From a virus (lineage: Duplodnaviria; Caudoviricetes), in IMG/VR virus record IMGVR_UViG_3300007094_000015, positions 1-51,103 of that record: a DNA stretch of 51,103 nucleotides; one strand, written 5' to 3'. Below, one piece after another: positions 17,956 through 27,400 of this stretch. Both the position numbers and the translations under genes were made by a program. Under the pieces are notes generated by a model. That model did no database searches, was not told the DNA's origin, and worked only from the letters and a program-made list of their open reading frames with translations. Within the stretch, counting starts at the first letter, position 1. Each line of letters opens with the position of its first letter.

Positions 17956-19808
17956 GCGCAGCTCCCGCATGCTTGTCCACGGAATCGGTAGTCTGGCGAC
18001 CTGCCTACAAACTCGAACGGCGACGCGTCTCCGACAAAGGTGCAGGCTTCGATGTCTACAAACACCTGACCGCCGTCAGTAATCGTGGAACCTTCGCCGC
18101 CAATCGGTATCAGCGGCCCAAGTATTTGCCCAGTAGCCGAACCAGCACCTGTGATCGCTCCGACAAATTTGAGCAAGCCTGCAAGAGCCGACACGTCGTT
18201 GCCCAGTGTGGCGTGCAGGCTGCCAGCGAAGTCAGCACCTGACCAGCTGCCGGTGGCCTGGCCAGCTGCACCAATACCGCTGGAAACCGCCGCAGAGCCC
18301 CGAAATATCAGTTTTCCGGCGCTGGTCGGGCCAGCTACGGCGGGGCCAAGCGTTGCAGCAATCACACCGCCTGCAGACGGTGGGGGCGTATGGGTGCCGG
18401 TCGCTGCCGCAGTGACTGGGCCAGCAACTCCAGCCACAGTGGCATAGATGACCCAAAGCAGATCCCACTCGACCACGTCGCCGGTTTCCCAAAGAATCGT
18501 GGGCTGATCTTCCCACAGGATTTCTATTGGCGACTGAAATGGGATTGAAATAGCCGCCGAGGTGTCCCCGCCGGTCTGTGTTGATGCGGTCGCACTGAAC
18601 GTCTGCAAGCCACTGGATACGGACGTGTCGCCTGCCAGCGACGAGACGATTGCACCGCCAGACCCGCCAGAAATTCCCGCAGCTGCGGACGTATCTGATC
18701 CAGTTGTGGCGGTTGCGGAGCCGGTCAGCGTCGTAATGCCAAATGCCAGTGGCGTGTCATCGCCCAAGGTCGCTGCTACAGCACCAGGAGTGGTGGTCGA
18801 ACCAGTTGCTGCACTGGCGTCAGATGCAAGCGCAGCAAAAGCAGCAGCCACATGCGCTGTGGTGCCAGCAGCCGCAGACGTTGCGTTTTCTGTTGTAACC
18901 AAAACAGACGCTACGGACGCCACCTGACTGAAGGCGGTGCCGGTGGCATCATTTAAGGTGACAGCTGCCGACGCCGCAAATATGACTTTGCCCGAGGCCG
19001 ACGCCGCGTCTGACGCCAGGGTCGCTGCCACTGAGCCTGACGTAGTCACGCCGGTGACAACTGGCACAGCAACAGCTGTATATCGAGGCTCTGCCGCGAT
19101 ACAGCGCCGAGTGCCTAGGAGCCGGATCTCTGCTTCCGACAAGGCTCGCGTGTACAAGCGGATGTCATCTAGCTTGCCGTCGAAGTAGTTGCCGCGCGTG
19201 ACGTAGTTGCCGATGTAACTAGCTGGGTTGCCGGTGTCTATCGTCCAGTTGCCCTGCGTCGCGGCAACTATTTCGACGCCGTCCAGCCACACACTGATCG
19301 TATTGCCGATTCTGCGACCAGCAATATGGTGCCACTTGCCTGCAGTCGTGATCGTCGTGTGTGTGGCTACCACTTCGGTGCCATTCGTGTTGAAGCGAAA
19401 GGCAGGGTATCCATTTTCGACAGTCAGGCTCAAGCCTTCGTACGGGGAAGTAGCACCCTGCCTCGCATACACGCCAGCCATCGTCGCGAAAGTATCTGAG
19501 TTAATCCAGGCAGTCACAGTGCACTGGGAAACGCGGCCAAGCCAAAACACGTCAGCGTACAGCAGCACGCGGTCAGACGTAGCACCGCCACCAAAATCGA
19601 GCGCTGGCCTGCCTTCGGAGATTGTCCAGTTGGTAGACAGTGTCATATTCTCAAGCAGGCCCCAGCCGCTGCGGCCCGAATAATCTCGCAGCTTAAGACC
19701 AGTCGGACCAAGGCCAGGCATCCACGCAGCCACGCAGTCCCTCCACAGCTCAGGGTGCTGCGAGCGTTCGTGCGTGGCGTAGTGGGCGATGGATGCCAGT
19801 CGGCTCAT
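17952..19808 (-). CDS. LamG/ConA-like lectin-domain fibre protein with Ala/Thr/Gly-rich repeats
   Basis: ALDFGG, TVTAWI, GKWHHIA, WLDG, FDGKLDDIRLYTRALSEAEI form the LamG signature, followed by (A/V)TL..D.....G repeats. Confidence 0.85.
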   Translation of the reverse strand: MSRLASIAHYATHERSQHPELWRDCVAAWMPGLGPTGLKLRDYSGRSGWGLLENMTLSTNWTISEGRPALDFGGGATSDRVLLYADVFWLGRVSQCTVTAWINSDTFATMAGVYARQGATSPYEGLSLTVENGYPAFRFNTNGTEVVATHTTITTAGKWHHIAGRRIGNTISVWLDGVEIVAATQGNWTIDTGNPASYIGNYVTRGNYFDGKLDDIRLYTRALSEAEIRLLGTRRCIAAEPRYTAVAVPVVTGVTTSGSVAATLASDAASASGKVIFAASAAVTLNDATGTAFSQVASVASVLVTTENATSAAAGTTAHVAAAFAALASDASAATGSTTTPGAVAATLGDDTPLAFGITTLTGSATATTGSDTSAAAGISGGSGGAIVSSLAGDTSVSSGLQTFSATASTQTGGDTSAAISIPFQSPIEILWEDQPTILWETGDVVEWDLLWVIYATVAGVAGPVTAAATGTHTPPPSAGGVIAATLGPAVAGPTSAGKLIFRGSAAVSSGIGAAGQATGSWSGADFAGSLHATLGNDVSALAGLLKFVGAITGAGSATGQILGPLIPIGGEGSTITDGGQVFVDIEACTFVGDASPFEFVGRSPDYRFRGQACGSCA

Positions 19809-19810
19809 GG

Positions 19811-20344
19811 CTACTCAGAGATCAGAGTACGCAGCGGAGTCAGCGTGATCCGCGTGTCATTGTTAGCGGCAGTAGCCTCAGACCGCAGTGCCTGCCCAAG
19901 ATTATTGTCGAGCAGCGCCACCACATACCTGCCGCGAGGCCTCCACACTACCGGCGCTTGCCGGAGCACTGTGTTGGAGTCGGCCGTCGCAATCAGGACG
20001 GACACCGCAGCGCCTGCCTGTCGCAGATTTGCGTCAGAAGTGCCGAGTGTGTATGCGCCAGCTGAACCAGTTGCCTTTGCTGGCCACGATGCCGTGTCGT
20101 TGGAGGACAGCAGGTAGAGGTCGAGCGTGTTGCCTGCCGTTGGCGCAGTAGTTCCAGTCTCCGCTGCAAACTCGACTAGATAATCCGTCTCGAAGTTTGC
20201 CCCAAGGTCAGCATAGGCAGACTGCTGCGCCGTGCCGTTGGCGAGGCCGTTGCAGTCTAGCCGGTGCGTGACACCGCTGGCTGTTGCTTCGCCAAAAACA
20301 ATAGCTGTGCCTAGTGAGTTTTGAATGTAGTCAGGCAGCGCCAT
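19811..20344 (-). CDS. Putative virion structural protein
   Basis: Beta-rich 177 aa in the fibre cluster. Confidence 0.5.
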   Translation of the reverse strand: MALPDYIQNSLGTAIVFGEATASGVTHRLDCNGLANGTAQQSAYADLGANFETDYLVEFAAETGTTAPTAGNTLDLYLLSSNDTASWPAKATGSAGAYTLGTSDANLRQAGAAVSVLIATADSNTVLRQAPVVWRPRGRYVVALLDNNLGQALRSEATAANNDTRITLTPLRTLISE

Positions 20345-20347
20345 GCG

Positions 20348-20818
20348 TTACTCCGGTATAGGCTGGATCTTGCCGTTCGGCCGCCACGGTAGCACCGCTT
20401 CAGCGACCTCAAAGTGTGTGACTCGATCAGGACGGACGCCCAGTGACATCAGCGCCGTGTACTGCGCAGTGGTCAGCACGTTCGCGACCTGGAGCCCATA
20501 CAACAAGTCCCGCACGTCCGGGTGCTGGAGGTCGATGCCGCCAGACTCGGGGTGCAGCCACTGCAGCCCTCGCTCAACCACACGCGCGGCGTCGCTTTCA
20601 TTTGAAGCTGCCCAAGCCGCCAGCGTGGATAGAATAGACTGTGCCATCGCCGGTCCCAGCGACGCGAACATCGACCGCTCTGTGATGAGTTCGCCTGTAG
20701 GCACCGGAGAGGCCGAAGCGGTCAATGCGGCCGCGACTGCGTCGTCGTTTCCCTCTTCAATCCATGTTCGCAGTTGGCTGCTGGCTAAGATTGCTGCGCG
20801 GATCTCATCGTGCGTCAT
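20348..20818 (-). CDS. Hypothetical protein (possible fibre assembly factor)
   Basis: ATG 20818 just after the upstream stop; helical; GNDDAVAAAL and GIDL..P.VR motifs. Confidence 0.5.
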   Translation of the reverse strand: MTHDEIRAAILASSQLRTWIEEGNDDAVAAALTASASPVPTGELITERSMFASLGPAMAQSILSTLAAWAASNESDAARVVERGLQWLHPESGGIDLQHPDVRDLLYGLQVANVLTTAQYTALMSLGVRPDRVTHFEVAEAVLPWRPNGKIQPIPE

Positions 20819-20819
20819 A

Positions 20820-21938
20820 CTACACCGCCGTGAAAACGAGAGAGGCGTGAACTGGACTGCAGTCGCAGGGGCCATTGAGAGCGTAAGTGTCGCTCACCAG
20901 TACGTTGGGGTCAGCAAACGAAGCATTCTTGGGCTGCAGTTGCGAATCGGGAATAAATATCACCCCCGTGCCCATCGACGAGCCTGCGGCCATCGCCTGA
21001 CGCGGTGTCAACTGAAGCAGCAGCGAAGTGGTTCCTGGCTGCAGCGTGATCCGTTGCTTGTGGATCGACTTGTCCGTTGCAGGATCAACAAGGGCAGGCG
21101 TCCACGGATACCGGGACCGATGCGCGATCAAACCGGAAATTGGCGTCTGCGTCCTATTCGTCACCTCCACCGGAATGGTAGTCGTGACTCCACGCTGCAC
21201 CTCGGCTGACTTTGCCTTCAGCTCTACCGTGACATCTGTCGGCGGGGCCACATACTGAAACTCGACATCGTCGACAAACATGCGGATCGGGTGCGGGATT
21301 TCTGCCGGAGTAAAATAGGGCTGGCAGTCAACGTAAAAGCGAGTGGCAATGTCCCAGTAGTTGCCAATCGGCAGCGTCGGGTTGTAAGTCGGAAAGCCGT
21401 TACTCAAGGCACGCTGGTGCTGGGGCATCTCATTCAGGACGACATTGATCCAGCCATCCCGAGCCCGGTCGTGCCGGACAATCAGCTGGTGGTAGAAGTG
21501 CCAGTTGTTACTTTCCTTGCGCACGCCCTTCTTCGACGGATCGAAGTGATAGGTGCCGATTACCAGATTGTTCTGCGAAGTCACAGATGACTTGGCCCGG
21601 AAGCCAGTGTCGAATCGCAGCCAGAACGATAGCCGGTTCGCCCGGAATTCGGGTGCCAAATAGCCGCTGTTGTTGGCCACATTAGACACTAGACCACGGC
21701 CGTTGCCTTGGCCTCGCAGTAGCCAGAAACCTGGCAGTCCATGCGACGCGTCCAAACTGGTCACGAGCAGGCAGTCATTGCCGTGCCGTCCGTCACCGCG
21801 AGACACGGACAGGATGTCCGCTCCGCTGTCGCCTTTAGGCGCAACGTAATTGCCGACCGTCTTGGTACTGCCCAGCCACTTGGCATTGGGCAGACCGTCT
21901 GCAAAGGATACTAGCTCTGCAAAGGATACTAGCTGCAT
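20820..21938 (-). CDS. Hypothetical beta-rich protein (possible carbohydrate-binding/jelly-roll + Ig-like)
   Basis: 372 aa, TAATG coupling to the upstream gene, aromatic-rich; NRLSFWLRF and MFVDDVEF motifs. Confidence 0.5.
   Translation of the reverse strand: MQLVSFAELVSFADGLPNAKWLGSTKTVGNYVAPKGDSGADILSVSRGDGRHGNDCLLVTSLDASHGLPGFWLLRGQGNGRGLVSNVANNSGYLAPEFRANRLSFWLRFDTGFRAKSSVTSQNNLVIGTYHFDPSKKGVRKESNNWHFYHQLIVRHDRARDGWINVVLNEMPQHQRALSNGFPTYNPTLPIGNYWDIATRFYVDCQPYFTPAEIPHPIRMFVDDVEFQYVAPPTDVTVELKAKSAEVQRGVTTTIPVEVTNRTQTPISGLIAHRSRYPWTPALVDPATDKSIHKQRITLQPGTTSLLLQLTPRQAMAAGSSMGTGVIFIPDSQLQPKNASFADPNVLVSDTYALNGPCDCSPVHASLVFTAV
21898..21933. repeat. Perfect 18-bp tandem duplication
   Basis: tctgcaaaggatactagc x2, encoding the LVSFA(E/D) repeat. 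Confidence 0.9.
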
Positions 21939-22351
21939 TAGGCGTTGCCTTCGGTGATCGTGAACGAGGTGATCGACACCACCGCGCCCTGTTGGATCAT
22001 CACCGAGTTCAACTTCAAATCGCCAGAGCCACCAGTATCAGAAACTGTGCCCTGGATAATTGTCGTGCCGCCCGACGTGGCCACGCGGAAGAAGGTCGCT
22101 CCCGTGGCGGTCGTCTTGTCGGCCGAAGTGTCATCGGTGATAGCCGAGACGGTCAGGCCGCCACCAGAAGCAGCTGCGGCGAAGGGCGAGCCACAAGTCA
22201 GCTCAGCCAGCAGTTGCGTGCCGGAAACGGCGTCGGTCAGCAGGGCCGGTGCTGTACCCTCGTAGATTCGCAGCTTGCCCGCATTGCCGACTGCGGACGT
22301 GATTTGGTCGAGACGGTTGTTGCGGCACGTCGTCGAGAAACGCAAGGCCAT
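21938..22351 (-). CDS. Small virion/tail-fibre-associated protein
   Basis: RNNRLD...LRIYEG..P...LAEL...ATFFR...IQGTV...DL.LNS..I..G..VSITSFTITE, a widespread phage structural family. Confidence 0.65.
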   Translation of the reverse strand: MALRFSTTCRNNRLDQITSAVGNAGKLRIYEGTAPALLTDAVSGTQLLAELTCGSPFAAAASGGGLTVSAITDDTSADKTTATGATFFRVATSGGTTIIQGTVSDTGGSGDLKLNSVMIQQGAVVSITSFTITEGNA

Positions 22352-22360
22352 GGCGGGCTC

Positions 22361-24268
22361 CTACCACTGATCGAGAGATGCACGGCGGCCTTCCTCCGCC
22401 AGCGCCATACGCCACGCCATCGACCCGTAGGGCGCGGTGGCTGTCGAAGGCTCGCGGGAAAAGGCCGGTTGATCGCGAACTAGCCTCCATGCTAATGCGT
22501 CGGCAATCACTCTGTCACCGTGATTTTCCCCTGCTGCCGTAGGATCGAGAGTCGCCTGCGCGCGGTCGTGCTCGATTGCGCCACTGGGCAGATATACATA
22601 GTGTAGGGCCTCTTCCAGGGCCACTCGCGAACGGTTGATGAACTGCTTTGCCTCCAGCGCCTTGGCATATTCGCCGAGTAATAGCCGCTTTGTGTCCTTG
22701 CTCGACCACCAGCCTGGGTTGCGAGTCCGCTTTCCGCTGACGATGCTTTCGTTCGCTCTGTAGTAGACGCGGCCGGGCGAGATTTGCATGAAGTGTTTTC
22801 CGAACTGGCCGCCAGCTCCATTCGCCTCCCAACCAACGAACGCCTCGCCGGAAGGCCCGGAAAAGAACTTCCGCAGGGCGATCACATAGTTGGCGAACTC
22901 ATGCGGAGCCAGGGTCGTTGAAGCGAACTCGGCAACCTTCTCGCCAGTATGGCGGTCCAGCACACACGCCACGGAGTTGCTGGACTGCTCGCCGCCGACG
23001 CCCGTGGCTACGTCGCAGCCGATCACATAGTCCCGAGTGTGGGACGGCTCGTCATCCACGGTAAGGTGCGTCCAGAGCTTAAGCCTGCCCTTCGGCAGCG
23101 CTCGCCAGCCAGGTTCGTGCGTCTCTGGATTGAAGTCCAGCTCTCCGCACACAATCGGGTCCGATCCAAACTCGCGGGCATGGATGTCGAGGCTGTTGGC
23201 GTTGAAAAACGGAAAGCCCGAGCCACCATAGTCAATATCGAGTTCCTGCGCGATCAGGGCCGGAATCGGGTGCCGCTGGCACTCCCGGTCGTACCACGGC
23301 GACCGATACTTGCTGTCCGTGACAAACGGGTAGTCGGCCGGGAATCGGTAGTCCGTGTCCAGCACCTCCAGCACCGAGTCGGAGGACGTGTAGAGCCCCT
23401 TGCTCTTATCGGGGTGCTGCGACCAGTGCAGGCTCACCTTGGACATGGCCGCGTCTTTTTTCTTCATCTGCTCGGCGAAGATTCCCGCCATGCCTTTGGG
23501 CGTCGAGATCATGGCCCGGCAGTTGGTGACGTGCTGCGTGCTGGCCCACGCGCCGAAGCCGTCGTTGATATTGAACGCGGCTGCCTCGTCCATCAGAAAC
23601 GCGGTCTTTCGACCACCACGAGCCACGTCGCCAGTGGCCGAATAGCCCATAATGGTCGACTGGTTGTGGTTGTTCTTGAGCGACAGCCTGGAACGCTCCA
23701 CGCGAGGGCGCATCCAGGTTGGTAGATGCTCCAGGAGGAAATCCAGCTTCCACATTAGGCAGTCCGGGTCGTCTTTCTTGTCCACCGCGTCCTCGTTACG
23801 GCTCACAAGACCGTACGCTTGCCTGCGGCGAAATACGAACCGCCAGAAAAACGTCGTCAGGACGACCCACGTTGCGCCCATGTCGCGGCTTTTTTCCGCG
23901 CCGAAGTCGTGGTGGCCGATGGCCTCGTCCAGCAAGACGATCACACGATCCTGAAACGGCCACGTCGCAAACGGATAGATGGCCGAGTTGCGTGGCTCGT
24001 AGACCCAACAGAAGGTGTTGATGAAGAACAACGGGTCACGGCTGCTCATGTTCCAGAGCTGCTGGCGGATGTCCGGGTTCTTCGTCGCCATGTCCAGCAC
24101 GCGCCGACGGAACTCTGCGTTGGCCAGCGGAGCCTTTGGCACCAGCTTGTAGAACGGCAGTGTGGCCAAACGGTCGGGCACAATAGGGGCATTGTCGTTG
24201 AGAAGCCCGCTCCTCAGCGAACTGCTGGTCAAGTTGGTCAAATAGGTCGTGGAACTTTCGCTGGTCAT
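22361..24268 (-). CDS. terL: Terminase large subunit (start codon uncertain)
   Basis: WPFQ adenine-binding motif, EKSRDMGATW (Walker A), FLMDEAA (Walker B), ISTPKG, nuclease YVIGCDVATG...HGDRVIADALA. Confidence 0.93.
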   Translation of the reverse strand: MTSESSTTYLTNLTSSSLRSGLLNDNAPIVPDRLATLPFYKLVPKAPLANAEFRRRVLDMATKNPDIRQQLWNMSSRDPLFFINTFCWVYEPRNSAIYPFATWPFQDRVIVLLDEAIGHHDFGAEKSRDMGATWVVLTTFFWRFVFRRRQAYGLVSRNEDAVDKKDDPDCLMWKLDFLLEHLPTWMRPRVERSRLSLKNNHNQSTIMGYSATGDVARGGRKTAFLMDEAAAFNINDGFGAWASTQHVTNCRAMISTPKGMAGIFAEQMKKKDAAMSKVSLHWSQHPDKSKGLYTSSDSVLEVLDTDYRFPADYPFVTDSKYRSPWYDRECQRHPIPALIAQELDIDYGGSGFPFFNANSLDIHAREFGSDPIVCGELDFNPETHEPGWRALPKGRLKLWTHLTVDDEPSHTRDYVIGCDVATGVGGEQSSNSVACVLDRHTGEKVAEFASTTLAPHEFANYVIALRKFFSGPSGEAFVGWEANGAGGQFGKHFMQISPGRVYYRANESIVSGKRTRNPGWWSSKDTKRLLLGEYAKALEAKQFINRSRVALEEALHYVYLPSGAIEHDRAQATLDPTAAGENHGDRVIADALAWRLVRDQPAFSREPSTATAPYGSMAWRMALAEEGRRASLDQW

Positions 24269-24479
24269 CGCGCAGTGTGCTTTCCGCCTCCTTTCGCTTC
24301 AGCGCCTTCTCCAGGTGCCGCGAAAAGAAGTCTTTGGGGTTTTGGACGGCGTAGGCCAGCAGGGCCACGGCTCCCGATGACGGCGGGTTTGCCACCAACG
24401 CAGCCTCGTCAGGCGTGCGAACACGCGGCAGTGTGTGGTAGACCCAAAGGATGTCGTCTTCTAGTGTGCTGTCATTCAT
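24036..24479 (-). CDS. Putative terminase small subunit or terminase-associated protein
   Basis: ATG 24479 overlaps the giant gene stop; helical/coiled-coil; directly upstream of and overlapping terL. Confidence 0.45.
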   Translation of the reverse strand: MNDSTLEDDILWVYHTLPRVRTPDEAALVANPPSSGAVALLAYAVQNPKDFFSRHLEKALKRKEAESTLRDDQRKFHDLFDQLDQQFAEERASQRQCPYCARPFGHTAVLQAGAKGSAGQRRVPSARAGHGDEEPGHPPAALEHEQP

Positions 24480-27400
24480 CTTTTTCAGCCAGCCGTTTCT
24501 TGAGTCGGAACAAGGCGATCTTGCGGCCACGCTTGAGCGCGTCCTCGATCATCTTGGCGTGGCGCGGGGTCATGGTTTCGGGGAACTTACGGTCCTTGAG
24601 GGCGTTGTAGCTATACTGCCCCGCCTCGCGTGCGTACGTCTCGTAGTCTTTCATGGACACAGGCTTGCCGTCGATCTGGGGATAACGCGGCAGCTCGGTG
24701 GAAATGCGATCGTCGTCCTTGCCTTCCGCCTCCATCTGCTCGTTCCAGCGGCGGATTGCGATGGACACGGGCAGCACGTCACTGATGTACTTGTGCTGCA
24801 CCGGGACCAGTAGCCGCCAGATCACCGACGTTTGCGGGCTGCTGGTTCGCATTGGCTTACCCCACAGGTCATAGCGATACGCGTAGCCGACGCCAGGCAG
24901 CTCTGCCTTCATCATCAGCCGCTTGATTCGCTCCTGCGTCGTGTCGCCAGGCTTGGAGCCAGTGTCGGTCACTACGTTGCGCAGTTCACGCTTTGTCTGG
25001 CGATAGAGGTTAGGCACAAATCCAATCGCCACCGAACCAGCGTAGTCGATTGCCTTGCCTGACATGTTCTGGTCAGAGTTGATGATCTCCAGCAAGTCTT
25101 CGATGGACTGCATGTAGTTCTTGTCGTCGACCTGACGCAGGAACGACGTGGGGATGGCGGCTATTGGATTGCCACCACGCTTCACTTCGTGGGCAAAGTC
25201 CACGGCCGACGACAGCATGGTGTTAAGGGGTTCGATGCGAGCATAGGAGTAATACGAACCCCAGAGGCGAATCGACATCGGCGGCGCTGTCATGTACTGC
25301 AATCCACGGCGGCCTGAATTGACCGCCTTAGTGCCGGTGATTCGCGGCAACCCATTTTCGTCCTCGTCGTCTACCATCGAGGCCACGGCCGCCATCAATG
25401 CCGTCGCCACAATCTGGCTGCCGATTGCCCGGTTCCAATTCACGTTCTCACCGGACAATGCGTTGATGGCGCTAAATACAAGGCCGACGCCCGGCGTCAA
25501 CTCGGACACTCGCGAAAACGAGTTAATGAGGAACGAGCTAAACGGCAGCATGTATCGAACGCCGGGAATCGTCTTGAAGCTGTTCACGCCCTTCTTGGCA
25601 GCTTTTGCGGTCCTTCCACCTTCTTGCTGGAAGGTCTGTAGATCTGCCTCGGCCATTGCCGCCTGCCAGACTGGGCTGGAGTAGTCACGGACGTGGCCAG
25701 CAACGAAGTCGGACATCTTTTCCGGCTTAATACCGACCTGCTTCCCGAGTCGATACGCTTCAATGGCAGCTGCCCCGTGCGCGGCGATAGTGCGAAAGAA
25801 CTCGTCGGACATCTGCAGCAACCGGAAACCTGGAGTCCGCACGACCTTGCCGATGGTGCCTGGCATGGCGTACGAGGGCACCATCATGTTGTTGAACTCG
25901 TCGCTGTGCCCAGTCATTAGGTTGATGGGACTGTATTCCGAACGAAACGCCGTGAGGCTGTTGTTGAATGCGTGGCCCACAGCCTTGCCCATGGCCTTGA
26001 ACATCTCGGCCATTTCGCGCATGTCGCGAATCTCGTTGTCATTCGACAGCTTGCCCCGGGTCAGTTTACTGACGGCAATCTCCGACATGCGCTCAACTGT
26101 GTTTGTCCACATCAGATTGAAAGTGTTGCCAGCCAGGTTGGCGGCGTGCGTCTTCCAGCCGGACAGAAGTGAGTTCAGGTAGAACTCATACACCATGTCC
26201 GCAAAGGCCGCTGGCTTGCCCTTGGCGTGCCGCTTCTTCTCGCTGAGGATGATACCCAACGCCTTGGTCACCAGCTCCAGGTTCTCCTCCAGATCCGGAC
26301 TGTTGATGTCAATTCCGGCCTTCTCCAATGCCTCGACGATCTTTTTCACCAGCTCTGAGTCAGTGCCCTCGAATACGTTGTGGATAATCGCTCGCCGCAG
26401 TCGAGTCTTGGGGTCGCGGGCGATTGGGTCACGCAGCGAAAGCGAGCGAGCCAGCTCGGTGCGGGTTTGCCGCCAGCCATTGACGAGCAGGGACATGTCC
26501 TTTAGCGACTTGGCGTCCTTGCCCATCGCCTGCGATACGGTCACGTTGTCGATAATACCCCGGAGCGTCGCGTAATCCGCCTCGCTGGGCAGCGGCGCGA
26601 AGTTGCCGGACCGGAACCGCTCCAGGAATAGCTGCGTTTCCTTCTGCAGGCCATCACCAGCGAGGCGTGCGGCAGCGGCGGCTTCTGCTTCCGAACGCGG
26701 ACGGTTCTCCGGCAGGCCACTAAAGATGTCCTGCTCATAAACCTGCGAGCGGCCAGCTACAGTGGAGGCTGGATTTGCCCGACCGAACGCTCGCTGGACG
26801 CGGGCTCTCTCCTGCTCCTCGCGACGGCGGCGAGGGCCGGGGAGAGGAGATTGCTGGAACTGGACGTAAGAGCTGATCCCAGCTGCCTTGGCGAACTCAG
26901 GCGAAGTCAGTAGGCTCCTGAACGTATCAGCCGCTTCCTGCATCTCGGGTGACTGATATTTCCATTCGCCCTCGTTCTTGCCAAAGAGCTTGGAAATCAA
27001 CTCCACCAGCCATGCCCAGCCAGTCGGCTTCTCCTTTAGTAGCGAGTCGCGGAACGTGGCGCTAGACATAAACTCCTGCACCATTCGCGCGACGCCCTCT
27101 CGGTACAAGAGGCTTGGATTCTTGTCCAGGAGCTTCCTGTATTCTGGAATCGCAATCTCGTAGTAGTCCTTGGCAAACCGAGCGACCAAGTCCTCGCCAA
27201 ACAACTGGTGCAGGCGGTCGATTGAAGCCGCGTGAGCCAATTCATGGCCGACGATTCCCCAGACTTCGTCGAGCGTGTTGTTGAAAAGGATTGCGCGATT
27301 GAGAAAGACGTGATTCCGATACGCAAAACCACCGATTCCTTGGCGATCTGACGCAAAGAAATCAACAGTGACTGGCAGGGTTCCCACTCCCGACATTTTC

